From IMG/VR virus record IMGVR_UViG_3300046323_000234: 64,000 nucleotides of DNA. One strand, given 5' to 3'. Shown here one piece after another: positions 39,080 through 47,463 of this stretch. How positions within the stretch are numbered: position 1 is the stretch's first letter; each line of letters opens with the position of its first letter. The notes beneath the pieces were generated by a model that was not told the origin of the DNA, did not search any database, and saw only the letters and a list, made by a program, of their open reading frames with translations. This stretch comes from a virus. Made by a program: the position numbers and the translations under genes.

Positions 39080-39625
39080 ATGTTAAGCAAATACATAACC
39101 AACATATACAAAGAGTATATTAATCCAGCACTATTAGGTGATGAATTATTATATTCAGAACTAATTAAAAATCTATATTTGGATTTATGGAACAATTGTA
39201 CACATATTGGAAAAAATAAATCGGATCTAGATAGATTGTTTTATGTAAAGGATAATATCATATGGTTTCAAATTTATTATCATAAATCAGATAATTTAAA
39301 CTACATATACATATATAAAGAGCCGTATGATATATTATTAAATCACGGACTACAATATAAAGAAATAAAACAATTATTTGATCAAATATTCCCATCGGAT
39401 AATATACCGAAGATTGTATTGGATACGATAGATGAAATAAATCCAGCAAATATTCAATCTGATAATATCAATGAAAATATATTACTGAATAATGCGAATG
39501 GTGGGGTCGGTTTCTCGTCCTACTACTGCGCTTTTCGGGATTCGTACTCGTTTACGGGTGGCCGTCTTTCGATTTTACGAGAATACGAATCCCTGCAAAG
39601 CAGGGCGAATAACGTTAAGATTTAA
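39080..39625 (+). CDS. family A paralogue with DGR-VR-like C-terminus
   Basis: MLSKYITNIYKEYINPALLGDELLY; ends NANGGVGFSSYYCAFRDSYSFTGGRL... Confidence 0.7.
   Translation: MLSKYITNIYKEYINPALLGDELLYSELIKNLYLDLWNNCTHIGKNKSDLDRLFYVKDNIIWFQIYYHKSDNLNYIYIYKEPYDILLNHGLQYKEIKQLFDQIFPSDNIPKIVLDTIDEINPANIQSDNINENILLNNANGGVGFSSYYCAFRDSYSFTGGRLSILREYESLQSRANNVKI
39491..39605 (+). other. putative DGR variable region, IMH and downstream hairpin
   Basis: 39500-39571 has 41/72 G+C and only 5 A; codons fit A-to-N derivatives of AAC/AAT; GxRL end; CCCTGC-AAA-GCAGGG hairpin at 39591-39605. Confidence 0.65.
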
Positions 39626-39627
39626 TT

Positions 39628-40056
39628 ATGAATATGACGATGGTTTCTGATTATATTTTTGATATTTATGTTAACCATATTATTGATAATTTAGAAAATA
39701 ATAGTGAATATAAATATAATAGATTAATAACATTACATATTGAACATTATATTAACAATAGAATTATTTCTATAAATGTTTACGAAAATTATCCCAATTC
39801 TAAGTTTTACATGTTTTATGATGGTGATATTGGATTTGAACTAATTGACGATAGTACAATATATCTTTCATTTGATTTTGTAGAACCTACATATTTTTTA
39901 ACAAAAACATATTATTATAATTGGTCAGAATATGTTGATTATTTTAAGGCGTTATTAAAATATATACCAATTATTTACGTTACTTATCACTCAAATATCA
40001 GTTCCGTTAGATGGAGACATTGTGGTAAATTAAAATCAACAACATTAATTAAATGA
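39628..40056 (+). CDS. family A paralogue
   Basis: MVSDYIFDIYVNHIIDNLENNSEYKY. Confidence 0.6.
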   Translation: MNMTMVSDYIFDIYVNHIIDNLENNSEYKYNRLITLHIEHYINNRIISINVYENYPNSKFYMFYDGDIGFELIDDSTIYLSFDFVEPTYFLTKTYYYNWSEYVDYFKALLKYIPIIYVTYHSNISSVRWRHCGKLKSTTLIK

Positions 40057-40598
40057 TGAATATAAATACAGATGAATTTGATTATGATAAATATAACATT
40101 AAAATGAATTTTAAAAACAATTTAGATGATCCAAATATTCTTTCACCAGAAATATTGGAAGCGATGGACAATATTTTACTTGTTTGTCCACATGTAGTCT
40201 TTGGTGGTTCAATCGCATTAAATGCTGTTGGTTTACTAAATAGAAAAATTAATGATATTGATGTTTTTGTTTCCAGAGAACAAAGCGTTTCATATATTGG
40301 AATAATGGAAGTTGTTTCAAGCGAACATTCAAATAATAGATTTTCGGAATCGACAACTGATGTTAATGGTGAACAAATCAGAAGAGTTGGAATGATTTGG
40401 AAAAACATTAAAATATGTTGTTTTTCTGTACCCGAAGAACAATTACAACATTCAATTTTTAAATTTAAAAAAAGAGTAATAAGAATCCAAAATGTTAATA
40501 ATGCAATACTAGCCAAAAGATCATATGCTGATAGAACAGCAAAACATAAACTAGATTTGGTTCAGATTGAAACTATAATTGATGATTTACCATTTTAA
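40053..40598 (+). CDS. nucleotidyltransferase-fold protein
   Basis: FGGSIAL...R...DIDV, KH..DL; ends DDLPF. Confidence 0.65.
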   Translation: MMNINTDEFDYDKYNIKMNFKNNLDDPNILSPEILEAMDNILLVCPHVVFGGSIALNAVGLLNRKINDIDVFVSREQSVSYIGIMEVVSSEHSNNRFSESTTDVNGEQIRRVGMIWKNIKICCFSVPEEQLQHSIFKFKKRVIRIQNVNNAILAKRSYADRTAKHKLDLVQIETIIDDLPF

Positions 40599-40603
40599 TT
40601 AAT

Positions 40604-41068
40604 ATGCTTTGTAATTACATAAATCAAATATATATTGAACATATTGGGCCAAATCTAATGGCTGATGAATTTACATATAATTATTATATTAGAGAACATA
40701 TTTTGGATTTATGGAATGATTGCACACACATTGCTGAAAAGGTAGTAAGTCCAGATCCAAAGAGTGTTTATTTTTTGAAAAATGATACAATTCAGTTTAA
40801 GATAACAATTTACTTTGATTCAATATTTATTACTACATATGATGAACCAATATGTTCTTTAAGTATAATTTTTGGATTATCAAAACAGATAGCGGTTAAA
40901 TTATTCTTAACTGTAATCCGCACAAATATTCAACACGTGATTCAAAAAACAATTGGTAATGTTAATGTTAATTTTGATCGTATAAGAAATTCATATTATG
41001 ATAGATCATATCTAGAAGATTATAACGTAAGCCTCAATCCAAATTTCATTGTTAAACCAATAGTATAA
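40604..41068 (+). CDS. family A paralogue
   Basis: MLCNYINQIYIEHIGPNLMADEFTY; also shares LDLWN.CTHI with 39080. Confidence 0.7.
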   Translation: MLCNYINQIYIEHIGPNLMADEFTYNYYIREHILDLWNDCTHIAEKVVSPDPKSVYFLKNDTIQFKITIYFDSIFITTYDEPICSLSIIFGLSKQIAVKLFLTVIRTNIQHVIQKTIGNVNVNFDRIRNSYYDRSYLEDYNVSLNPNFIVKPIV

Positions 41069-41085
41069 AATTTATAATATAAATC

Positions 41086-41120
41086 AAATCCCTATTACTT
41101 AATTGTGGTAGGGATTTTTT
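41086..41120 (+). terminator. intrinsic terminator
   Basis: AAATCCCTATTAC...GTGGTAGGGATTTTTT. Confidence 0.75.
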
Positions 41121-41152
41121 ATTTAGTGCTATTTATATGAAAGAATTTAATA

Positions 41153-41557
41153 ATGAAGAATATAAATATTGCATTTCCTTTTCAAGATGACAATGAGAAG
41201 AACTTTCTATTTAAGACCAATAAGTTATCCAAGGATGCTTTGAGATCTAATTTATATTTATTGTTATTAACTGATCGTGGTGAGAGATATTACATGCCAG
41301 ATTATGGTATTAATCTAAAGAAATTCTTTTTTGAGCAGAAGGATGAGAATACATTTCAATCAATCCAAGAAGATTTTAAAAACACAATAAAAAAATACAT
41401 TCCACAATTGACAATAAATAAAATATTGTTTTACACATTGGAGGATGAGAATGGAACACCAATCAAAGAAAATGAGGTTAGGATGCAAGTTGATTTTACA
41501 TATTCCGAGGATGTGTTTGAAGAAACTGATCAAATAACAATAACAGTTACAACTTAA
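41153..41557 (+). CDS. baseplate protein, T4 gp25-like
   Basis: NIAFPF, LLLT.RGERYY.PDYG..L..F.FE, YIPQ. Confidence 0.85.
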   Translation: MKNINIAFPFQDDNEKNFLFKTNKLSKDALRSNLYLLLLTDRGERYYMPDYGINLKKFFFEQKDENTFQSIQEDFKNTIKKYIPQLTINKILFYTLEDENGTPIKENEVRMQVDFTYSEDVFEETDQITITVTT

Positions 41558-41561
41558 AAAA

Positions 41562-43406
41562 ATGGCAGATAATAGAATAAATTATAATAAAAGAACATTT
41601 GGTCAGATAAGACAAGAATTATATGATTACATAAAACAATATTATCCAGAGACATTATCATCATTTTCTGATAGTTCAATTGGATCATTATTAATAGATT
41701 TATGTGCTGCTGTTGGAAATAACTTATCAATCAATACCGATAGGGCTTTTCAAGAAACCCAATTGGAATATGCACAACAAAGAAAATCATTATTTGCATT
41801 GGCAAAGAATATGGGATTCAATATTCCATCAAAAAGAGCATCAGTAACTGTTGTTGATTTTTCGGTTACAGTTCCAACAAATGGTGATTCATTTGATACC
41901 GAATATTTACCAATCCTAAAAATGGGTGCTCAAATATTGGGAGGTGGAAAGACATTTGAAACGATTGATGATATTGATTTTTCTTCACCAACATCAAACT
42001 TTGGAACAGCAAATAGAACGATTGTTCCCAATTTTAATTCAAATAATATAATTCAAAATTATACATTAACAAAAAGAGAGGTTGTATATAATGGTGCAGT
42101 ATCCATATTTAAAAAAGTAATTAGACCAGAAGAGTCTGTTCAATTTATGGAAGTTATATTACCAGATGATGATGTATTATCAATTGAACAAGTTATTGTA
42201 TTGAATGGTGTTAATTATAGTACAAATCCAGCATTGACTGATTTTTTCGATCCAGACAATAGATTTTATGAAGTTGATTATTTAGCTGAACAAAAGATTT
42301 TTGTTGAAAATGGTTCAATTGGTTTATCTGGTTCATCTGGAATTAAATCTGGTGTATATTTGGAAACGACAAAGAAATTTATAAAAGAATATAGTGAAAA
42401 TGGATTTTGTAAATTAATATTTGGTGGTGGTAATCCAGATTTGGATTTATTTAATGAAGCAATAAATAGTGTTGGATTTGGATCAGTTAACTTCTTGCAA
42501 AACTATCTAAACAATACTTCATTGGGTGAAATGCCAAGAGGTAATACAACAATGTTTATTAGATATAGAACTGGTGGTGGTGCAGCATCAAATGTTGGTG
42601 CTAATGTATTAACAACCACTGGAAATTATAGTATGGTTGTTAATGGTAGAAGAGAAGATTTTAATAGATTAGTTAATAGAAGTTTAAAAACAAATAATCC
42701 AATACCAGCAATTGGTGGTTCTGATGATTTGTCAATTGAACAAATCAGAAAATTGATTTCATATAATTTTTCAGCACAAAATAGATGTGTTACTATTGAA
42801 GATTATTTATCAAGGGTTTATCAGATGCCTGGGAAATTTGGTGCGCCATTTAGATTAAATGCATTTAAAGCAGATAATAAAGTGGTAATACCAATTATTG
42901 GATTGGGTGCTGATGGTACATTGGATAATAGTAGCACAACAATATTAAAACAAAATATTGCTGAATACTTAAAAAAGTATAGAATGATAAATGATTATGT
43001 TGAAGTTAGAGATGGAAAAGTATTCAATCTATCATTTGATTTTACACTATATATAAGTGATAATAATAATCAAAATGAAATCGCCAACTTGGTTATTAGA
43101 ACAATATCAAATTATTTCGATATTAATAATAGACAAATAAACGAAGATATATTTGTTGGTGATTTAATTAAAATGGTTAATGATATTAATGGCGTTATTA
43201 ACGTCATATCATATAAAATATATAATAAGGTCGGTAATGGTTACTCATTAAATGAAATAGAAATGGCTTATGTTAATGATACAACCAGAGAAGTTCAATT
43301 AATAAATAACACAATATATTCAGTGGAAGATTCCATGTTTGAAATCAAATACCCACAAAAAGATATTAGAGTCTTTATAAATAAAAAGAATCAATTACTT
43401 GGTTAA
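41562..43406 (+). CDS. baseplate wedge protein, T4 gp6-like
   Basis: R.F..IR..L..Y...YYP, D.A.QE..L..AQ, L.FG.G, YR.GGG..SN, AQNR.VT..DY. Confidence 0.88.
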   Translation: MADNRINYNKRTFGQIRQELYDYIKQYYPETLSSFSDSSIGSLLIDLCAAVGNNLSINTDRAFQETQLEYAQQRKSLFALAKNMGFNIPSKRASVTVVDFSVTVPTNGDSFDTEYLPILKMGAQILGGGKTFETIDDIDFSSPTSNFGTANRTIVPNFNSNNIIQNYTLTKREVVYNGAVSIFKKVIRPEESVQFMEVILPDDDVLSIEQVIVLNGVNYSTNPALTDFFDPDNRFYEVDYLAEQKIFVENGSIGLSGSSGIKSGVYLETTKKFIKEYSENGFCKLIFGGGNPDLDLFNEAINSVGFGSVNFLQNYLNNTSLGEMPRGNTTMFIRYRTGGGAASNVGANVLTTTGNYSMVVNGRREDFNRLVNRSLKTNNPIPAIGGSDDLSIEQIRKLISYNFSAQNRCVTIEDYLSRVYQMPGKFGAPFRLNAFKADNKVVIPIIGLGADGTLDNSSTTILKQNIAEYLKKYRMINDYVEVRDGKVFNLSFDFTLYISDNNNQNEIANLVIRTISNYFDINNRQINEDIFVGDLIKMVNDINGVINVISYKIYNKVGNGYSLNEIEMAYVNDTTREVQLINNTIYSVEDSMFEIKYPQKDIRVFINKKNQLLG

Positions 43407-43416
43407 TTAATTTAAA

Positions 43417-43980
43417 GTGGAAATGATTAAATATGCAATTCAATATAGTTCAGGTACAACATATTATATCAATTTTGGATTAACCCAAAAATATGATAAT
43501 GTTGGGTTATTTTCAATTGTTGGTTCTGGAACAACTGGAACTACACTTGTTAATAAAATAACTGGCTATACCGATTCTAGATTGATTGAACTTGAGAAAT
43601 ATACAATATCTGATGATATTTCACAAAAATATGTATTAACTGGTTCATCCACTTCGGATGGTGTTGTATATAATGATTCAACAGGTTCAACAATATCTTA
43701 TTGGATTGGTGGAATTAATTATGTAGATTACAGTGCAACTACCGTTTTTACCTACTATTCAAGCGGTCTGACAGCTTTAAATTCATATAGCACAAATATT
43801 GTCGTTGAAGATAAAAATGTTAACCTGACCGATGATTCTAGGGTAGATAGTGATATTGATGTTGATAGACAATCAATATCAGTGTTTGAAAACCATTATA
43901 GAATAGCCACAGCAACAAATTTAAATGATTTAATAAACTATGCTGGTGGATCTTATTTCAATATTATTGAAAATAATTAA
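43417..43980 (+). CDS. virion structural protein
   Basis: Follows the wedge gene; ITGYTDSRL.EL..Y; rich in [ST][GA]xT. Confidence 0.6.
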   Translation: MEMIKYAIQYSSGTTYYINFGLTQKYDNVGLFSIVGSGTTGTTLVNKITGYTDSRLIELEKYTISDDISQKYVLTGSSTSDGVVYNDSTGSTISYWIGGINYVDYSATTVFTYYSSGLTALNSYSTNIVVEDKNVNLTDDSRVDSDIDVDRQSISVFENHYRIATATNLNDLINYAGGSYFNIIENN

Positions 43981-43985
43981 TGATT

Positions 43986-44017
43986 GTTGTATTTTTAAAA
44001 AAAATGTTTTAGATTTG
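43986..44017 (+). promoter_or_regulatory. Bacteroidota-type promoter driving the tandem paralogue array
   Basis: GTTG-N20-TAGATTTG. Confidence 0.6.
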
Positions 44018-44074
44018 GGTTTTAAAATCACACATGGGTAAAAAATATCATAAACATGAATTAAAATAGTGCAT

Positions 44075-44272
44075 ATGCTTGTTTTAAAAGTCGCAGAAGG
44101 TAAATTCATTTATTCTCAATATGTGAAAGAAATCTTAAATCAGATATTAATAAATATTCAATATTCTGAATTAAATGTGTCAATAAGTAAAGGTGATCAT
44201 TTTAATACATATAGATTTGATTTATCAGACAAAAAATATATTAGATTAGTTTATTTGTGGAAACCTATATAA
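44075..44272 (+). CDS. family B small paralogue 1
   Basis: YSQYVKEILNQILINIQYSEL. Confidence 0.65.
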   Translation: MLVLKVAEGKFIYSQYVKEILNQILINIQYSELNVSISKGDHFNTYRFDLSDKKYIRLVYLWKPI

Positions 44273-44274
44273 TA

Positions 44275-44475
44275 ATGAACAAGAGAGTAGCATATTATCA
44301 AATTTGCAATAAAGATATAGATTACGGCTATTCAATGTATTTATATCCTATATTAAATAAAATTTTAATAAATATGCCCGATGATGAATTGGATTATGTT
44401 TTTATTAAATATAATGTTAGAACATATCGCACATTTTTTAATGATATTGAGATGGATTATCATATTATGTTTTAG
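44275..44475 (+). CDS. family B small paralogue 2
   Basis: YSMYLYPILNKILINMPDDEL; ATG at 44275 preferred over GTG at 44257. Confidence 0.65.
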   Translation: MNKRVAYYQICNKDIDYGYSMYLYPILNKILINMPDDELDYVFIKYNVRTYRTFFNDIEMDYHIMF

Positions 44476-44477
44476 TT

Positions 44478-44663
44478 ATGGATACATTCTTTAAGATTTC
44501 AAAACCTGAGTATCAATATTGTCAATATTTAGAGCCAATCTTAAATTCGATTTTTGAAAATATAATGATTGATGAATTTAATAATTTTGTTGAATATAGA
44601 TATTATGTGGCATATTTTAACGATATTAGATTAAAATATAAAATAAACGATTTACCATTTTAA
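44478..44663 (+). CDS. family B small paralogue 3
   Basis: YCQYLEPILNSIFENIMIDEF; ends NDLPF. Confidence 0.65.
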   Translation: MDTFFKISKPEYQYCQYLEPILNSIFENIMIDEFNNFVEYRYYVAYFNDIRLKYKINDLPF

Positions 44664-44674
44664 TGATATAACCA

Positions 44675-44893
44675 ATGCCTTACAAAATTAACGAAAGTAG
44701 TTATAAGTACTCAATATATCTAAAACCCATCTTATCCAATATTTTGGAAAATATGTTAACAGATAGTGAAATTATGGAACTATGTGATTTAGGTTCTACT
44801 TTTTATGATAATAGATTTTTGCGTAGTCAAATTGTACTTGATTATGTTTTTCACCATAATAGAGAATCCATTAATAAAGTATCCATATTATAA
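44675..44893 (+). CDS. family B small paralogue 4
   Basis: YSIYLKPILSNILENMLTDSEI. Confidence 0.65.
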   Translation: MPYKINESSYKYSIYLKPILSNILENMLTDSEIMELCDLGSTFYDNRFLRSQIVLDYVFHHNRESINKVSIL

Positions 44894-44910
44894 ATAACAA
44901 TCACTATATA

Positions 44911-45123
44911 ATGTTCAGATATCAAGTTAATAATAGAAATTTCACATATTGCCAACATTTAGTGCCAATCCTAAATAAGATATTCACTAATATAGAAACT
45001 GGTGAATTAAGGGGTATTGTATCAGTTGACTCATTTTTCCAAATGAAATTTGGTGAAATTGATATGAAATTAGTTCAATATGTTACTTTTGAATTTGATT
45101 TTGAAATGGATGTTGAAAATTGA
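44911..45123 (+). CDS. family B small paralogue 5
   Basis: YCQHLVPILNKIFTNIETGEL. Confidence 0.65.
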   Translation: MFRYQVNNRNFTYCQHLVPILNKIFTNIETGELRGIVSVDSFFQMKFGEIDMKLVQYVTFEFDFEMDVEN

Positions 45124-45155
45124 AACCTTTTAATTGATTGTACGTTAGATTACAC

Positions 45156-46484
45156 ATGAAAAGAATGATACAAATTGCGAGAAGGCTTAAAACAATGGGA
45201 ATAACATCATATTTTGTTGGTGGTTATGTTAGAGATGGGATTATGGGCATAACCTCCGATGATATAGACATTTGTTTGATTGGAGTTAAGGATAAGGAAG
45301 CTTTAACACAGATTTTATCACATTTGTGTGACAAATTAACCATTGAAGTTGGTGAGAAGTTTCCTGTTTGGATAGCAACAATTGATGATAAGAAGATTGA
45401 TTTTGCTTTAGGTAGAGCCGAATTAAAATCTGGCCAATCCAGAAAAGACTTTGATATTATTGTTGATGATGTTTCTATTGAGCAAGATTTGCTTAGAAGA
45501 GATTTCACAATCAACGCAATAGCAAAAGATATCCTATCTGGTGAATATATTGATCCATATGGTGGTATATCTGATATAACCAAAATGCGATTAACGCATG
45601 TATCTGATGCATTTGCGGAAGATAGTTTAAGAGTGTTAAGAGCAGCTAGGTTTGCAAGTAGATTTGATTTATTACCAAGTGATGAACTTAAACAATTGTG
45701 TAAATCAATCAAACCAACTGATATATCAAACGAAAGAGTTGGTATGGAGTTGTATAAAATGCTTCATCAAGCAACAAAACCATCAATCTTTTTTAGATTT
45801 TTGAAAGATGTTGATTGGCTTGATTATTATTTTAAAGAACTATCAGATTTGATTGGTATTCAACAAGACCCAATCTGGCATCCAGAGGGTGATGCATTTG
45901 AACATACAATGCATACATTGGATCAAGCAAGTGATTATTTGATTAGATTGGCAATGATTTGTCATGACCTTGGAAAAGCATCAACAACGGTATTTCGAAA
46001 AGGTAGATGGACGGCCTATGGTCACGATGTTGCTGGATTAGAACCAACCCAAAAAATGCTTGAAAATCTGAAATATTTTGATGGCAAGACAATAAAACAA
46101 ATATTGGTTTTGGTTGAATTTCATATGGTTCACACACAACAGAAAATATCTGATAAATATTTGAAAAAGATACTTAGAAGACTATTGGAAGTTGGTTTAA
46201 CATATGAACATCTTGTTGAAGTTTGTAGATGTGATGTATCAGGTAGACCACCGATTGAAGGTTGTACACCAGACATAAGACAAAAGGATATTGATGCAAT
46301 ATTGCTAAGTGATGAGTTAAGACCAATCGTAACTGGTCAGGTCTTAATTGATGAATTTGAATTAACACCATCACCATCATTTAAAACAATATTAAAACAA
46401 TGTTTAGATTTGCAAGATGCAAAAAAATTAAATAAATTAAACTATGTTTGCTTTGTTAAACAGTTCATTAAACAAGTAGCATAA
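45156..46484 (+). CDS. cca: tRNA nucleotidyltransferase (CCA-adding) with HD domain
   Basis: VGGYVRD, DIDI, DLLRRDFTINA, EDSLRVLRAARF, ERV..E, WHPEGD..EHT, CHDLGK; ATG at 45156 preferred. Confidence 0.92.
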   Translation: MKRMIQIARRLKTMGITSYFVGGYVRDGIMGITSDDIDICLIGVKDKEALTQILSHLCDKLTIEVGEKFPVWIATIDDKKIDFALGRAELKSGQSRKDFDIIVDDVSIEQDLLRRDFTINAIAKDILSGEYIDPYGGISDITKMRLTHVSDAFAEDSLRVLRAARFASRFDLLPSDELKQLCKSIKPTDISNERVGMELYKMLHQATKPSIFFRFLKDVDWLDYYFKELSDLIGIQQDPIWHPEGDAFEHTMHTLDQASDYLIRLAMICHDLGKASTTVFRKGRWTAYGHDVAGLEPTQKMLENLKYFDGKTIKQILVLVEFHMVHTQQKISDKYLKKILRRLLEVGLTYEHLVEVCRCDVSGRPPIEGCTPDIRQKDIDAILLSDELRPIVTGQVLIDEFELTPSPSFKTILKQCLDLQDAKKLNKLNYVCFVKQFIKQVA

Positions 46485-46487
46485 TAT

Positions 46488-46520
46488 AATCCCCATCACA
46501 TATAGTATGGGGATTTTTTT
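46488..46520 (+). terminator. intrinsic terminator
   Basis: AATCCCCAT-loop-ATGGGGATTTTTTT. Confidence 0.85.
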
Positions 46521-46548
46521 ATAAACTATTTATATGAAACAATTATAA

Positions 46549-47451
46549 ATGGCTACTGGTTATTTCGGAAATATAAGACCAACAGATATATCAATAACTG
46601 ATATTGATATTTTTTATACATACTCACCAGACAGAGTTACACAATCATTAACAGTTTATAGATTAGAAGCATCTGATGTATTAACTGAACTAAATGAACC
46701 TACTGATGAGGGTACATCCATATTTGGTGGTATGTATAATCTAAAACTCCCTTCAGATATATTCAATAATCTTGGAATATATAATATAATAATTAGACCT
46801 AAACAAATCAAAACAACGATTACTGATTGTGGTGTTTTATCTGCCATACCATCTGTAAAGGGTATATTAATTGATACTACACTTCCAGAATTAGCTGATA
46901 TATCTGATAAGTTAGGGAATAATGGATTGGTTGGTTATAGAATAGAATACTTTGAAGATAATGGTGATAAAACCAGAGGTGTATTTAGAATTGTAACATC
47001 TGCCAATAGAGTTGAACCAGTAAACGAGAACATAAATAACACAACACAAACAAGTGTTAGATATAGATTTAATGATACATCCAATCTATTATTTTTAACA
47101 TTAACACCATCAACGGCTGCAAGCGTTAAACCTAACTCAACACCATTTATTGGATCAGCAAATCAAGAAATATTATTAATAAATACACAATTTAATCCAG
47201 TAATGTTGGAAGTTGAATTGGTTGAAAATACATTGGATACATTGGCCATTGGTATATTTGGTGAACAAATCAGAAGTGCAGAAGATGGAATTGTTACATA
47301 TTATGATAAAAATAGATTAATTTATAAACAATTTGATACGTTTGAACTAAGAGATGATTTCCAAAAATTATTATATGAGGCCAAACTAAAAAGAACAACT
47401 ATTGATGAAAGTAAAGATTTCGATAATATTATTACCGATGATATAGCTTAA
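46549..47451 (+). CDS. virion structural protein, probably baseplate
   Basis: Late motif at 46524; beta-rich; lies in the structural block. Confidence 0.6.
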   Translation: MATGYFGNIRPTDISITDIDIFYTYSPDRVTQSLTVYRLEASDVLTELNEPTDEGTSIFGGMYNLKLPSDIFNNLGIYNIIIRPKQIKTTITDCGVLSAIPSVKGILIDTTLPELADISDKLGNNGLVGYRIEYFEDNGDKTRGVFRIVTSANRVEPVNENINNTTQTSVRYRFNDTSNLLFLTLTPSTAASVKPNSTPFIGSANQEILLINTQFNPVMLEVELVENTLDTLAIGIFGEQIRSAEDGIVTYYDKNRLIYKQFDTFELRDDFQKLLYEAKLKRTTIDESKDFDNIITDDIA

Positions 47452-47463
47452 TTTTTATATTGT

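Noticed and set aside
39491-39610. tRNA or other RNA gene explaining the GC island
   Set aside because: No cloverleaf, T-loop GTTCGA or CCA end; no tRNA was recognised anywhere in the window by eye
44034-44069. 11-aa ORF MGKKYHKHELK upstream of the paralogue array as a leader peptide
   Set aside because: Too short to support, no attenuator structure, and read-through does not join the next gene
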